Shown here one piece after another: positions 1 through 8,487 of a stretch of 32,000 bases of DNA. The translations under genes were made by a program, and so were the position numbers. Position 1 is the first letter of the stretch, and every line of letters begins with the position of its first letter. The stretch comes from Sedimentisphaera cyanobacteriorum (GTDB lineage: Bacteria; Planctomycetota; Phycisphaerae; Sedimentisphaerales; Sedimentisphaeraceae): positions 780,001-812,000 of the forward strand of contig NZ_CP019633.1 in NCBI RefSeq assembly GCF_001997385.1, read 5' to 3'. The notes below the pieces were generated by a model. That model made no database searches. It was not told the origin of the DNA and was given only the letters and a program-made list of their open reading frames with translations.

Positions 1-309
1 GTCCTGAGAGGCCTGAATGTTGAGGTTTTCCTTTGCCTGCTTAACCCTTGAAAATGCTGATTTAATGCTCAAATTATTCTCTAAGGCCGCTTGAACTAAC
101 CGGTTAGTTTCTGGGTCTTTAAACTGCTGCCACCATTTACCAGACCATTTCTCGTATCTGCTCTCAGCATTGGAAAAGTTTTCCGGATTATTTATAAATT
201 CATTCGGCACATCAGGGGAATACTTTTTCCTGCTGTAGTCTTCTCCGACCGTGCAGCCGGCAATCATTATAGCGTATAAAAGCAAAAATATGTTTAACAA
301 TTTACTCAT
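1..309 (-). CDS. RND-efflux outer-membrane factor lipoprotein, NodT/OprM family (N-terminal 103 codons only; gene runs off the left edge)
   Basis: Absent from the ORF track because it is truncated. Reverse translation from the ATG at 309..307 gives MSKLLNIFLLLYAIMIAGCTVGEDY...WSGKWWQQFKDPETNRLVQAALENNLSIKSAFSRVKQAKENLNIQASQD. This is a signal peptide with lipobox (IAGC) followed by the WW..F.D..L..L...AL..N..L..A..RV..A signature of OMF N-termini. The ATG overlaps the TGA of the upstream gene (ATGA, 306-309). Confidence 0.75.
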   Translation of the reverse strand, partial: MSKLLNIFLLLYAIMIAGCTVGEDYSRKKYSPDVPNEFINNPENFSNAESRYEKWSGKWWQQFKDPETNRLVQAALENNLSIKSAFSRVKQAKENLNIQASQD

Positions 310-1193
310 AGCGTATTTTTATCCCTCAGCAGGGTTACAATGCTTATTTCACCAGGACAGTTCAGCCTTGCCGTGAGCCTGCTGCTGCCTGCGCCAGCGG
401 TAGTTATTCCGACAAGATTTTTGTATTTCCATTGCCCTCTGGCGTACCGCATAGGAGCCCGGCAGTTTGTATAAACGGGGATGCCGCTTGGAAGGCAAAA
501 CTGCCCGGCATGCGTATGCCCTGCAAGCATAAGAGCAAAACCTGCCTGCTGAGCCCTTGAATAATAGTTGGGGTTATGGCAGAGCAGTATTCTGAATGCG
601 TCCGGAGCTTCTATCGAGCTTATCATAGCGTCCCAGTCGTCATTGTGCAAGTTGTGGTGGTCTCCAAGCCCTGCAACGCAGATCTTCTCTCCCGTCGGTG
701 ATTCAATCAATGCTGAGCTGTTTATAAGCATTCCGGCACCAGCCTTTTCAAGATGCTCTGCTATAAAAAGTGAGTCGTGATTACCGAGAATAGAATGAAT
801 TACGGCTTTTTTACCCTTTATTTCTTCAAGAAGAGAGTTCATAAACCTGCAAACCCATACGGGAAATTCCCCGTCTCCCCAAGCATAATCGCCGCCTAAA
901 AAACAATAGTCAAAATCGAGTGATTTTATTATCTCCATAACTTTATCATGAAAGCCCTCTCTGCCCGGATAATGGATGTCTGCAAGAAAGAGAATTCTCT
1001 TTCCTGAAAATGATTTCGGCAGATTGGAAAAAGCAAGATTGTAACTGCGAACTTTGATGTTGAAATAATCTTTTCGAGCACGATTCCAAAACCTTGCAGC
1101 TTTGAGGATTCTCATTGCAGTGATGTCCTCAATATCTGCATTAATCATACCGGGTTCTTTATTATTTAAAAAATTCAAGACATACCTTTTCAA
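306..1193 (-). CDS. Calcineurin-like metallophosphoesterase (YkuE/YaeI type)
   Basis: Metallophosphoesterase motif series: LFLADIHY, GGDY, GNHD, LLCHNP, GHTHAGQ. The track start at 1193 is a TTG. The first ATG is at 1148 (MINADIEDI...), so the true start is ambiguous. Confidence 0.8.
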   Translation of the reverse strand: MKRYVLNFLNNKEPGMINADIEDITAMRILKAARFWNRARKDYFNIKVRSYNLAFSNLPKSFSGKRILFLADIHYPGREGFHDKVMEIIKSLDFDYCFLGGDYAWGDGEFPVWVCRFMNSLLEEIKGKKAVIHSILGNHDSLFIAEHLEKAGAGMLINSSALIESPTGEKICVAGLGDHHNLHNDDWDAMISSIEAPDAFRILLCHNPNYYSRAQQAGFALMLAGHTHAGQFCLPSGIPVYTNCRAPMRYARGQWKYKNLVGITTAGAGSSRLTARLNCPGEISIVTLLRDKNTL

Positions 1194-1224
1194 TACAGCA
1201 GAGCTTTAATAAATTTGCAAAAGA

Positions 1225-1252
1225 ATTATACGCAACCATCAGGCTTGTTCAA
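1225..1252 (-). promoter_or_regulatory. Sigma70-like promoter for the metallophosphoesterase/OMF operon
   Basis: Minus strand reads TTGAAC (1252..1247), a 16-nt spacer, then TATAAT (1230..1225). It lies upstream of both candidate starts. Confidence 0.4.
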
Positions 1253-1265
1253 CGATTAACAACGA

Positions 1266-1293
1266 TTGATTCTGTCTAAAATAATAGTATAAT
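1266..1293 (+). promoter_or_regulatory. Sigma70-like promoter for the tsaC-rpiB operon
   Basis: TTGATT (1266-1271), a 16-nt spacer, then TATAAT (1288-1293). The -10 ends only 9 nt before the ATG at 1303 and no SD is visible, which implies a near-leaderless mRNA. Confidence 0.4.
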
Positions 1294-1302
1294 AATAATT
1301 CT

Positions 1303-2412
1303 ATGCATACAAAAATATATCAAAACTTAGAGATAGAATCTCATGAGCTTTCCGAAGCGGCAGAGATTTTGAAAAGGGGCGGAATCGTAGCTTTCCCTAC
1401 GGAAACTGTTTATGGGCTTGCAGCGAGAGCAGACAGCGAAACTGCGTCCAAGCTCAGCGAACTCAAGAGCAGGAAAGAGGGGAAATATTATTCTCTGCAT
1501 ATACCTTTTCCGGAGGCCTTGAGCAGTTATGTTCCTGATATCGATTTGAAATCTAAAAAGATAGTAGATAATTTCTGGCCAGGGCCGCTTACGATGGTTT
1601 TCAATGTTTCGCCCGAAAAAATGAGCCGCAAGCATCGAAAACTCGCTGAAAAATGGGATTCAATATATCACAACCAGACTGTGGGCATCAGATGTCCGGA
1701 TGAAGAAACCGCAGCGAGATTTTTATATCTGGCCGGAGTTCCCGTAGTTGCCACTAGCGCAAATATATCCGGCAAAGAGCCTGCTGTAACCGGAGAAGAG
1801 GTAATAAAGCAGTTTGACGGGAAAATTGATGCTGTAATCGACGGGGGCGTCTGCTCGGAGGCCTTGAACAGCACAGTAGCTATGATATCTCAAAACAAGC
1901 TTATGGTTTTAAGGGAGGGGGCTGTAAAAGAGCAGGAACTTTTGGATATTTCTGCGATTAAGCTGCTCTTTGTCTGCGAAGCCAACACCCTTTCCAGCCC
2001 TATAGCTGCCGAGCTTTGCAGAAAAAGGCTTGCGGAAAATTTTGAATGCAGTGTTTCCCAGCTCGAGGAAAAAGGCTATAATATCTCATGTGCAGGAGTA
2101 AAAATCGAGATCGACAAGCCTGCACATCAAGCTGCGATGGAATTTGCGAAATCTATCGGCGGTAATCTGGACGGGCATATAACTACCGGTCTTTCTGAAA
2201 AAGATATTATAGAAAGCGATGCGATATTTGTTATGGCTGAAAAACAGAGGGATAGAATACTCGAATTCTACCCTCAAGTTCGTGATAAATGTTATCTTTT
2301 GCGTAAAGGCAAAAACATAATTGAACCGGACGGGAAAGACGAAAACTTCCAGGAATTCGTAGAATTGCTGGAGGATTCGGTCAATAAAAGATTAGGTGAA
2401 ATTGTATTATGA
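1303..2412 (+). CDS. tsaC: L-threonylcarbamoyladenylate synthase (YrdC/Sua5 fold) fused to a C-terminal LMW-phosphatase-like domain with a degenerate P-loop
   Basis: The N-terminal ~205 aa carry YrdC motifs: GGIVAFPTETVYGLAA, VVATSANISGKEPA, DGGVC..ALNSTV. The C-terminal ~150 aa carry LLFVCEANTLSSPIAAE plus a later EPDG, which is LMW-PTP/ArsC-like. Its CX5R reads C-E-A-N-T-L-S-S, so Arg is replaced by Ser. Confidence 0.8.
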   Translation: MHTKIYQNLEIESHELSEAAEILKRGGIVAFPTETVYGLAARADSETASKLSELKSRKEGKYYSLHIPFPEALSSYVPDIDLKSKKIVDNFWPGPLTMVFNVSPEKMSRKHRKLAEKWDSIYHNQTVGIRCPDEETAARFLYLAGVPVVATSANISGKEPAVTGEEVIKQFDGKIDAVIDGGVCSEALNSTVAMISQNKLMVLREGAVKEQELLDISAIKLLFVCEANTLSSPIAAELCRKRLAENFECSVSQLEEKGYNISCAGVKIEIDKPAHQAAMEFAKSIGGNLDGHITTGLSEKDIIESDAIFVMAEKQRDRILEFYPQVRDKCYLLRKGKNIIEPDGKDENFQEFVELLEDSVNKRLGEIVL

Positions 2413-2864
2413 TTATAGCTTTAGCTAACGACCACAGAGGTTACGAAACAAAAATACTTATCAGAGGCCTTGTAGAAAAAATGGGGCACGAATGCGTAGA
2501 TTACGGCTCTGACGGCAAAAGCCCTGTTGATTATCCAGATGTGGGCTATTCAGCATCTATTGCTGTTTCTAATGGCGAGGCGGACAGAGGAATCCTCATT
2601 TGCGGTACGGGTATTGGGATGTGCATAACTGCGAACAAGGTAAAGAATGTGCGCGGTGCTCTGTGTTTTGATGAAATAAACGCACGCGTTTCAAGGCAGC
2701 ATAATGATGCCAACGTGCTTTGCCTTTCAGGCGACCTGCTCGGAGAAAGCTCTGTGAGAAGGATAGTTGAAGTGTGGCTGGAAACAGACTTTATGGGCGG
2801 AAGACATCAGCAGAGGCTTGACAAGGTTCGCAAGATAGAGCAGGGCGAAGACCCTAGGGAATAG
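2409..2864 (+). CDS. rpiB: Ribose-5-phosphate isomerase B (RpiB/LacAB family)
   Basis: 151 aa with ILICGTGIGMCITANK and NDANVLCL motifs. The ATG overlaps the upstream stop (ATGA). Confidence 0.9.
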   Translation: MIIALANDHRGYETKILIRGLVEKMGHECVDYGSDGKSPVDYPDVGYSASIAVSNGEADRGILICGTGIGMCITANKVKNVRGALCFDEINARVSRQHNDANVLCLSGDLLGESSVRRIVEVWLETDFMGGRHQQRLDKVRKIEQGEDPRE

Positions 2865-2924
2865 CTTATAAAGCCTTCATCAGCCTATAATATGTAAATA
2901 CTCTGATTCTATGAGATTATAAAA

Positions 2925-4700
2925 CTATTTGCGAACAGCTTTTTTTACCAGAGATGATGCATCTTCAGGATAAATCCCCGGGTATTTATGCTTCATAGCT
3001 GCCACGATAAGCCCCAAAAACATCGGACTTGGATTTAGAGGTCTTGAGGTTAGGCAGGGATGCGCCTGAGTGCCGATAAAATACGGGTGTTCAGGCAGCT
3101 CGAGAATCTGCATAATCGGATGATTTGGCGCTTTGCCCGAAAACACCAAGCCCGCATTTTCAAGCTCTTGGATATATTCCGGGTCAACCTCATATCTGTG
3201 TCTGAATCTGAGTCTTGCCGAAAGCACATCTCCGAAAAGCTTATATGCAAGCGTATCCTTCTTAATTTCTACATCTCTTCCGCCTAAACGCATATTCCCC
3301 CCAAGACCTTCAATTTTTTTCTGCTCCGGCAGAAGGTTAATCACAGGACTGCTGCAGTTGGGGGCTATCTCTGAACTGTTTGCGTTTTTGATCCCGCATA
3401 CATTTCTCGCATATTCAATAACTGCCATCTGAAAACCAAGGCAGAGACCGAGATATGGAAGACCGTTCTCTCTTGCAAACCTTATACATTCAATCTTTCC
3501 CTCAGTGCCGCGCACGCCGAACCCGCCGGGGACTATTATACCGTCAACACCTCTAAGAGCGCTTTCTGTATTTTCGGGGGTTATATCTGTAACCTCTATC
3601 CACTCTACATTCACCTTGCAGCCAAGCCAAGCCTCGCAATGTTCAATGGCATTGCTGATTGAGGCGTAGCTGTCTCGAACGGATATGTATTTGCCGGTAA
3701 TGCCTATTGTTACCTCATTCTTATGATCTTTGGTTACCCGATCGGTAAAATCGCACCATTTCTCCCACTCACTGCGCTCCTTGCGCAGATCAATCTTATC
3801 TTCAATCCCAAGCATCTTGATGATGCTGAAATCTACGCCGCTGTCTCTGAGCATTGAGGGTATCAGGTATATGCTTTTCGAATCGTGCATACTGAAAACA
3901 TTGCTGAAAGGAACATTGCTGAAAAGGCTAATCTTTTCTCGAACCTGCTCGGTAACCTCCTCTTCGCATCTGCACGCAATAATCGAGGGCTGAATACCTT
4001 TCTGGAGCAGCTCTCTGATGCCCAGCTGGGCGGCCTTTGACTTCTGCTCGCCCAATGTTTGCGGGGCTAGTATGTAAGTCAGGGCTACAAAGCAGCAGTT
4101 GCTGTCGCCCTCCTCGTTGGCCAGTTCACGCATTGCCTCTATGTAGAATGCGTTCTCCAGATCGCCTGCTGTACCGCCGATTTCAACGAACACAACATCC
4201 GCCTCACTGTCTCTTGCCAGCACTCTCAGCTTGCGTTTTACCTCACCTGTAACATGCGGGATAACCTGAACATCCCGCCCGAGATAGCCCCCGCCTCTCT
4301 CTGTTTTGAGCACTGAGCTGAATACCTGACCATTGGTGCTGAAATTCTGCTTGGAAAGGTCTATATTCAGCATCCTTTCGTATGTTCCAAGGTCCATGTC
4401 GCATTCCATCCCGTCATCAAGCACGAATACCTCTCCGTGCCGGAATGGGTTCAGCGTTCCAGAATCCATATTGAGGTATCCTTCCAGCTTTACAGGGGAC
4501 ACCTTCAGACCCTTGTCCTGCATAAGTTTGGCTACACAGGAAGAAAATATACCCTTGCCAAGACCGCTCATTACTGTACCGAGAACTACTACATACTTCG
4601 TTTTACCCTTAACGTATCCTTTAGGCACAGGAGAAAAGAATTCAGTATCCGAGGATTTATTGCTGATGCTTGCAAATATGTCTTCCCTTTTTTGGGACAT
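2925..4700 (-). CDS. pyrG: CTP synthase (divergent, 591 aa)
   Basis: Synthetase half: SGLGKG P-loop, HGEVFV, DMDLGTYER, VQVIPHVT, VEIGGTAGD. GATase half: VPGGFG.RG, LGLCLGFQ (nucleophile Cys), RHRYEV, AHPC. Confidence 0.85.
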   Translation of the reverse strand: MSQKREDIFASISNKSSDTEFFSPVPKGYVKGKTKYVVVLGTVMSGLGKGIFSSCVAKLMQDKGLKVSPVKLEGYLNMDSGTLNPFRHGEVFVLDDGMECDMDLGTYERMLNIDLSKQNFSTNGQVFSSVLKTERGGGYLGRDVQVIPHVTGEVKRKLRVLARDSEADVVFVEIGGTAGDLENAFYIEAMRELANEEGDSNCCFVALTYILAPQTLGEQKSKAAQLGIRELLQKGIQPSIIACRCEEEVTEQVREKISLFSNVPFSNVFSMHDSKSIYLIPSMLRDSGVDFSIIKMLGIEDKIDLRKERSEWEKWCDFTDRVTKDHKNEVTIGITGKYISVRDSYASISNAIEHCEAWLGCKVNVEWIEVTDITPENTESALRGVDGIIVPGGFGVRGTEGKIECIRFARENGLPYLGLCLGFQMAVIEYARNVCGIKNANSSEIAPNCSSPVINLLPEQKKIEGLGGNMRLGGRDVEIKKDTLAYKLFGDVLSARLRFRHRYEVDPEYIQELENAGLVFSGKAPNHPIMQILELPEHPYFIGTQAHPCLTSRPLNPSPMFLGLIVAAMKHKYPGIYPEDASSLVKKAVRK

Positions 4701-4721
4701 TTTAACCGCCGTATAAATAAT

Positions 4722-5453
4722 TTATTTAAGTGTTCTTTCAACAAAAGCCATATACTGCTTTTCCGTGTCTATTCCTTCATGCGCCTCTGGAATTTCCTCT
4801 GCTATAATCCTGAACCCGTTTTCCAGAGCCCGAAGCTGTTCGAGCGATTCGCTTATCTCAAGAGGTGTACGAGGCATTTGAGTAATTTTCATAAGGAAGT
4901 CTTTTCTGTAAGCATAAACCCCTAAATGGCGTTTCATAAGGCTCACATTAGGTTTCCCGTCTTTCCGAGAGTAGGGCACCGGCTGTCTGGTAAAGTAAAT
5001 AGCGTATCCGTTCTTGGCAACAACTGCTTTAACGGCGTTGGGATTTTCGACCTCGCTTCGGTCCCTGACAGGCGTAACGAGCGTAGCCATATCGGCTTGT
5101 TCGTTATTTTTAAGCAGATTTGCAAGCTGGTCGATATTTTTCGGGTCTATTTCAGGCTCGTCTGCCTGCACATTAACAATAATATCGCAGTCAATTTGCT
5201 CTGCTGCCTTGGCAACCCTGTCTGTCCCGCTTTTGAGGTCCGGGTCTGTAAGGACGCATTCAGCACCAAAGCTTTCGCAGGCCTGCTGCACCATTTCACT
5301 GTCAACAGCTATTACGATTTTTTCTGCCGAATCGGCCTTTGCAGCGGTTTCATAAGTGTGCTGCACGAGATATTTACCAGATTCCGAGGCGAGAATCTTA
5401 CCTTTGAAACGGGTTGAATCGTATCTGGCGGGTATTATTATAACGGTATTCAA
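4722..5453 (-). CDS. kdsB: 3-deoxy-manno-octulosonate cytidylyltransferase (CMP-KDO synthetase)
   Basis: N-terminus is IIIPARYDSTRFKGKIL and length is 243 aa. The TTG start at 5453 is preceded by GAGGA with a 6-nt spacer. The gene ends 21 nt upstream of the pyrG ATG. Confidence 0.9.
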   Translation of the reverse strand: MNTVIIIPARYDSTRFKGKILASESGKYLVQHTYETAAKADSAEKIVIAVDSEMVQQACESFGAECVLTDPDLKSGTDRVAKAAEQIDCDIIVNVQADEPEIDPKNIDQLANLLKNNEQADMATLVTPVRDRSEVENPNAVKAVVAKNGYAIYFTRQPVPYSRKDGKPNVSLMKRHLGVYAYRKDFLMKITQMPRTPLEISESLEQLRALENGFRIIAEEIPEAHEGIDTEKQYMAFVERTLK

Positions 5454-5506
5454 GTCGGTTCCTCGCAGTTAGTTTTTTATTATTTTCTAAAACTCACTGC
5501 CTTAAT

Positions 5507-5535
5507 AATTTATTGAAAAACGTTTGATAAGTCAA
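5507..5535 (-). promoter_or_regulatory. Candidate promoter for kdsB-pyrG
   Basis: Minus strand reads TTGACT (5535..5530), a 17-nt spacer, then TAAATT (5512..5507). Confidence 0.3.
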
Positions 5536-5559
5536 TATTAAAATACACGACAGCGTATC

Positions 5560-5587
5560 TTGACATTAACTCAGTAAACATTATGAT
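5560..5587 (+). promoter_or_regulatory. Candidate promoter for ileS-lepA
   Basis: TTGACA (5560-5565), a 16-nt spacer, then TATGAT (5582-5587). It sits about 40 nt upstream of the ileS ATG and back-to-back with the kdsB promoter. Confidence 0.4.
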
Positions 5588-5626
5588 TAGCGTTCTATAT
5601 ATTAACAGATAAACGGAACAGTAGAA

Positions 5627-8467
5627 ATGTCGGAAAATAAAAATTATAAAAAAACGCTGAATCTCCCTAAAACGTCTTTTGCAATGAAGGCTAACCTAAC
5701 CCAGCGCGAGCCTCAAATGCGCAAACAGTGGGCAAAGGAAAAGATATATCAGAAGATAAGAGAAGCCAGAAAGAACAGCAAACCTTACATCCTCCATGAC
5801 GGGCCTCCTTATGCCAATGGAGATATCCATATGGGACACGTTATCAATAAGGTGCTCAAGGATGTAGTTGTAAAATACAAAACCATGCGAGGCTTTGATG
5901 CCCCTTACGTTCCGGGCTGGGACTGCCACGGGCTCCCGATTGAAGCTAAAGTGATGACCGAGCTCGGAGATGAAGCAGCGGATATGGAAAAGCTTGAGAT
6001 ACGCAAACGCTGCAAGAAGTACGCGAGCAAATACGTTAAGCTTCAGAGCAGGCAGTTTGCATCTCTGGGTGTTTTCGGCAATTATGAGGACCCGTATCTC
6101 ACAATGGTGCCCGCTTACGAGAAGGGTATCCTTGAGGTTTTCGGCAAGCTTGTAGAGCAGGGGCTTGTTTACAAGCAGCTCAAGCCCATACACTGGTCTG
6201 TAGGCTGTCAGACTGCGCTTGCAGATGCTGAGCTTGAATATAAGGACATCACTTCCCCAAGTATTTACGTAAACTTTCCCGCAGAAAGAGAGGCGGCCGA
6301 AAAGCTCATCAACCTCGGCCTGGCAGAACAGGGCGAAACCGCCTGCTTTATGATCTGGACAACCACCCCCTGGACACTCTGCGCTAATCTGGCTGTAGCA
6401 GTTCATCCGGGGCTTGAATATGCCTCTGTCAAATATCAGAAAAACGGCAAGAAATATGCATCGCTTGTATGCACTGAGCGGATTGAAGCAGCAGTTCAGG
6501 CAGCAGGAATATCAGAATACGCCGTTTCTGAGGCGAGAGTTAAGGGCGCAGAGCTGGAAGGGCTGAGATACTCCCACCCCTTTATCACTGAGAAGCCTAC
6601 TGAATCAGATGCGTATTTTGTCGTTCAGGCCGATTACGTTACCACTGAAGACGGTACTGGCCTTGTGCATACAGCCCCTGGACACGGAACTGAAGACTAT
6701 ATGACCGGCGTTAAAAACGGGCTGGAAATTTACTCTCCCGTAGATGAAAACGGCACCTATGATGATACTGTTCCGGATTTCCTCGCGGGCAAGAATGTGC
6801 TGAAGGTGGATGAAGAAGTTATTGAAAGGCTCTCGGCAAAAGGCCTTCTTTTCGCAAGAAAAGACCTGCTCCACAGCTACCCTCACTGCTGGAGGAGCCG
6901 GATGCCCGTTATCTTCCGCGCCACAGAGCAGTGGTTTGCAGGCGTTGACATAAAGCTCGAAGACACAGGAAAGACCCTTCGTGAAATGGCCGTCGCCAGT
7001 ACCGATGAGGTTCGCTGGATACCCGGCTGGGGCAAGAAGCGGATTGCCGGAATGCTTGAATCAAGGCCGGACTGGTGCCTCAGCAGGCAGAGAAGCTGGG
7101 GGCTGCCGATACCGGTTTTCGTAAACTCAGAAGGCAGGAGCCTGCTTACGCCCGAATCTGTTGCAGCCGCTGCTGAGCATATCGGAAGAAAAGGCTCAGA
7201 CAGCTGGTTTACCGATTCCCCTAAGGAGATACTCGGCGAAGATTTTGATTTGCCTGAGGGATTCAGCTTCGATGATCTGGAAAAGGAAGAAAATATTTTT
7301 GATGTATGGTTTGAGTCCGGCTGCAGCTGGCACAGCGTGGCAGCAAACAGGGGTTGGGATCTGCCCGTTGATTTGTATCTTGAAGGCAGCGACCAGCACA
7401 GAGGCTGGTTCCAGCTTTCACTTCTCCCTGCACTAGGAGCAATGCACAGAGCGCCTTTCAAAAACGTTCTGACTCACGGATTTACAGTAGATGCTGAAGG
7501 CCACAAGCAGAGCAAGTCTTTGGGCAATTATGTAAATGCAATGGAGGAGATCGAAAAGTACGGCTCGGACATCCTCAGGCTCTGGGTTTCCAGTGTGAAT
7601 TATCAGGAAGATATGCGCTGCAGTGATGAGCTTATCGGCAGGATGAGGGATTCTTATCGGAAAATCCGCAATACCATAAGGTATATACTGAGCAATATAA
7701 AGGATTTCACGCCGGAAGAGGCGACTGCTTTTGAGGATATGGAGCCAATAGACCAATGGGCTCTTTACCGCTACAACTTTATGGTCAAAAACGTTATCAA
7801 CGATTATGACAATTTCGTTTTCCATAAGGTATTCGCCGGCGTATACAATTTCTGCACAGTAGAAATGAGCAACATCTATATGGACGTTGTAAAAGACCGT
7901 CTGTATTGCGAGCTGCCTGAGAGCCCTTCAAGAAAGAGCTGCCAGACTGTGCTCTGGAAAATACTAAACGGTTTGATAAAGCTTGCTGCCCCAATAATGG
8001 TGCATACCGCTGAAGAGGCATGGGCATCGCTTGAACAGAAGGATGAAAACTGCGAAAGCGTACATCTTTCTCTAATAAATGATGCTGATCAGCAGGTTTT
8101 GGATTCAGCAGACCAAGAAAAATGGAAAACGATTTTTGAAATACGTGATGAAGTTCTCAGAAAGCTTGAAGAGCTCAGGCAGAACCAGACTATCGGTTCA
8201 AACCAGCAGGCAAGTGTCGCTGTAAAGGCAGATGAGAGTACTGCTGATTTGCTTGAGCAGTTCGGGGCAGATAATTTTGCAGAGCTCTGCATAATAAGTG
8301 AAGCAAAAATAGAACGTGCAGAGAACCTTGAGATTTCAGCCTGCAAGTCCGCAAATGACAAATGCCAGAGGTGCTGGAACTACTTCGCTTCAGTGGGTGA
8401 AGATGCAGAAAATCCCGATTTGTGCAAAAGGTGCGCCGAAGCGGTTAAGCAGACCTCTGCTGTTTGA
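5627..8467 (+). CDS. ileS: Isoleucine--tRNA ligase (type 1, C-terminal Zn-finger)
   Basis: 946 aa. It carries the HIGH-type motif [12 protein letters not shown], the KMSKS-type motif KQSKSLGN, a CP1 editing region, and C-terminal CQRCWNY...CKRC. Confidence 0.97.
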   Translation: MSENKNYKKTLNLPKTSFAMKANLTQREPQMRKQWAKEKIYQKIREARKNSKPYILHDGPPYANGDIHMGHVINKVLKDVVVKYKTMRGFDAPYVPGWDCHGLPIEAKVMTELGDEAADMEKLEIRKRCKKYASKYVKLQSRQFASLGVFGNYEDPYLTMVPAYEKGILEVFGKLVEQGLVYKQLKPIHWSVGCQTALADAELEYKDITSPSIYVNFPAEREAAEKLINLGLAEQGETACFMIWTTTPWTLCANLAVAVHPGLEYASVKYQKNGKKYASLVCTERIEAAVQAAGISEYAVSEARVKGAELEGLRYSHPFITEKPTESDAYFVVQADYVTTEDGTGLVHTAPGHGTEDYMTGVKNGLEIYSPVDENGTYDDTVPDFLAGKNVLKVDEEVIERLSAKGLLFARKDLLHSYPHCWRSRMPVIFRATEQWFAGVDIKLEDTGKTLREMAVASTDEVRWIPGWGKKRIAGMLESRPDWCLSRQRSWGLPIPVFVNSEGRSLLTPESVAAAAEHIGRKGSDSWFTDSPKEILGEDFDLPEGFSFDDLEKEENIFDVWFESGCSWHSVAANRGWDLPVDLYLEGSDQHRGWFQLSLLPALGAMHRAPFKNVLTHGFTVDAEGHKQSKSLGNYVNAMEEIEKYGSDILRLWVSSVNYQEDMRCSDELIGRMRDSYRKIRNTIRYILSNIKDFTPEEATAFEDMEPIDQWALYRYNFMVKNVINDYDNFVFHKVFAGVYNFCTVEMSNIYMDVVKDRLYCELPESPSRKSCQTVLWKILNGLIKLAAPIMVHTAEEAWASLEQKDENCESVHLSLINDADQQVLDSADQEKWKTIFEIRDEVLRKLEELRQNQTIGSNQQASVAVKADESTADLLEQFGADNFAELCIISEAKIERAENLEISACKSANDKCQRCWNYFASVGEDAENPDLCKRCAEAVKQTSAV

Positions 8468-8487
8468 GAACTCCTTTAAGGGAATAA

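Noticed and set aside
5696-7461. Long antisense ORFs inside ileS (5696..6406, 236 aa; 6883..7461, 192 aa). Similar ones lie inside lepA (8569..9087), kdsB (4926..5417), pyrF (24470..24976), degT (27842..28360) and the antiporter (15206..15637).
   Set aside because: Each lies entirely within a confidently identified conserved gene on the other strand. Their translations are low-complexity, Ser/Leu/Arg/Cys-rich and motif-free. They are shadow ORFs of the real genes.
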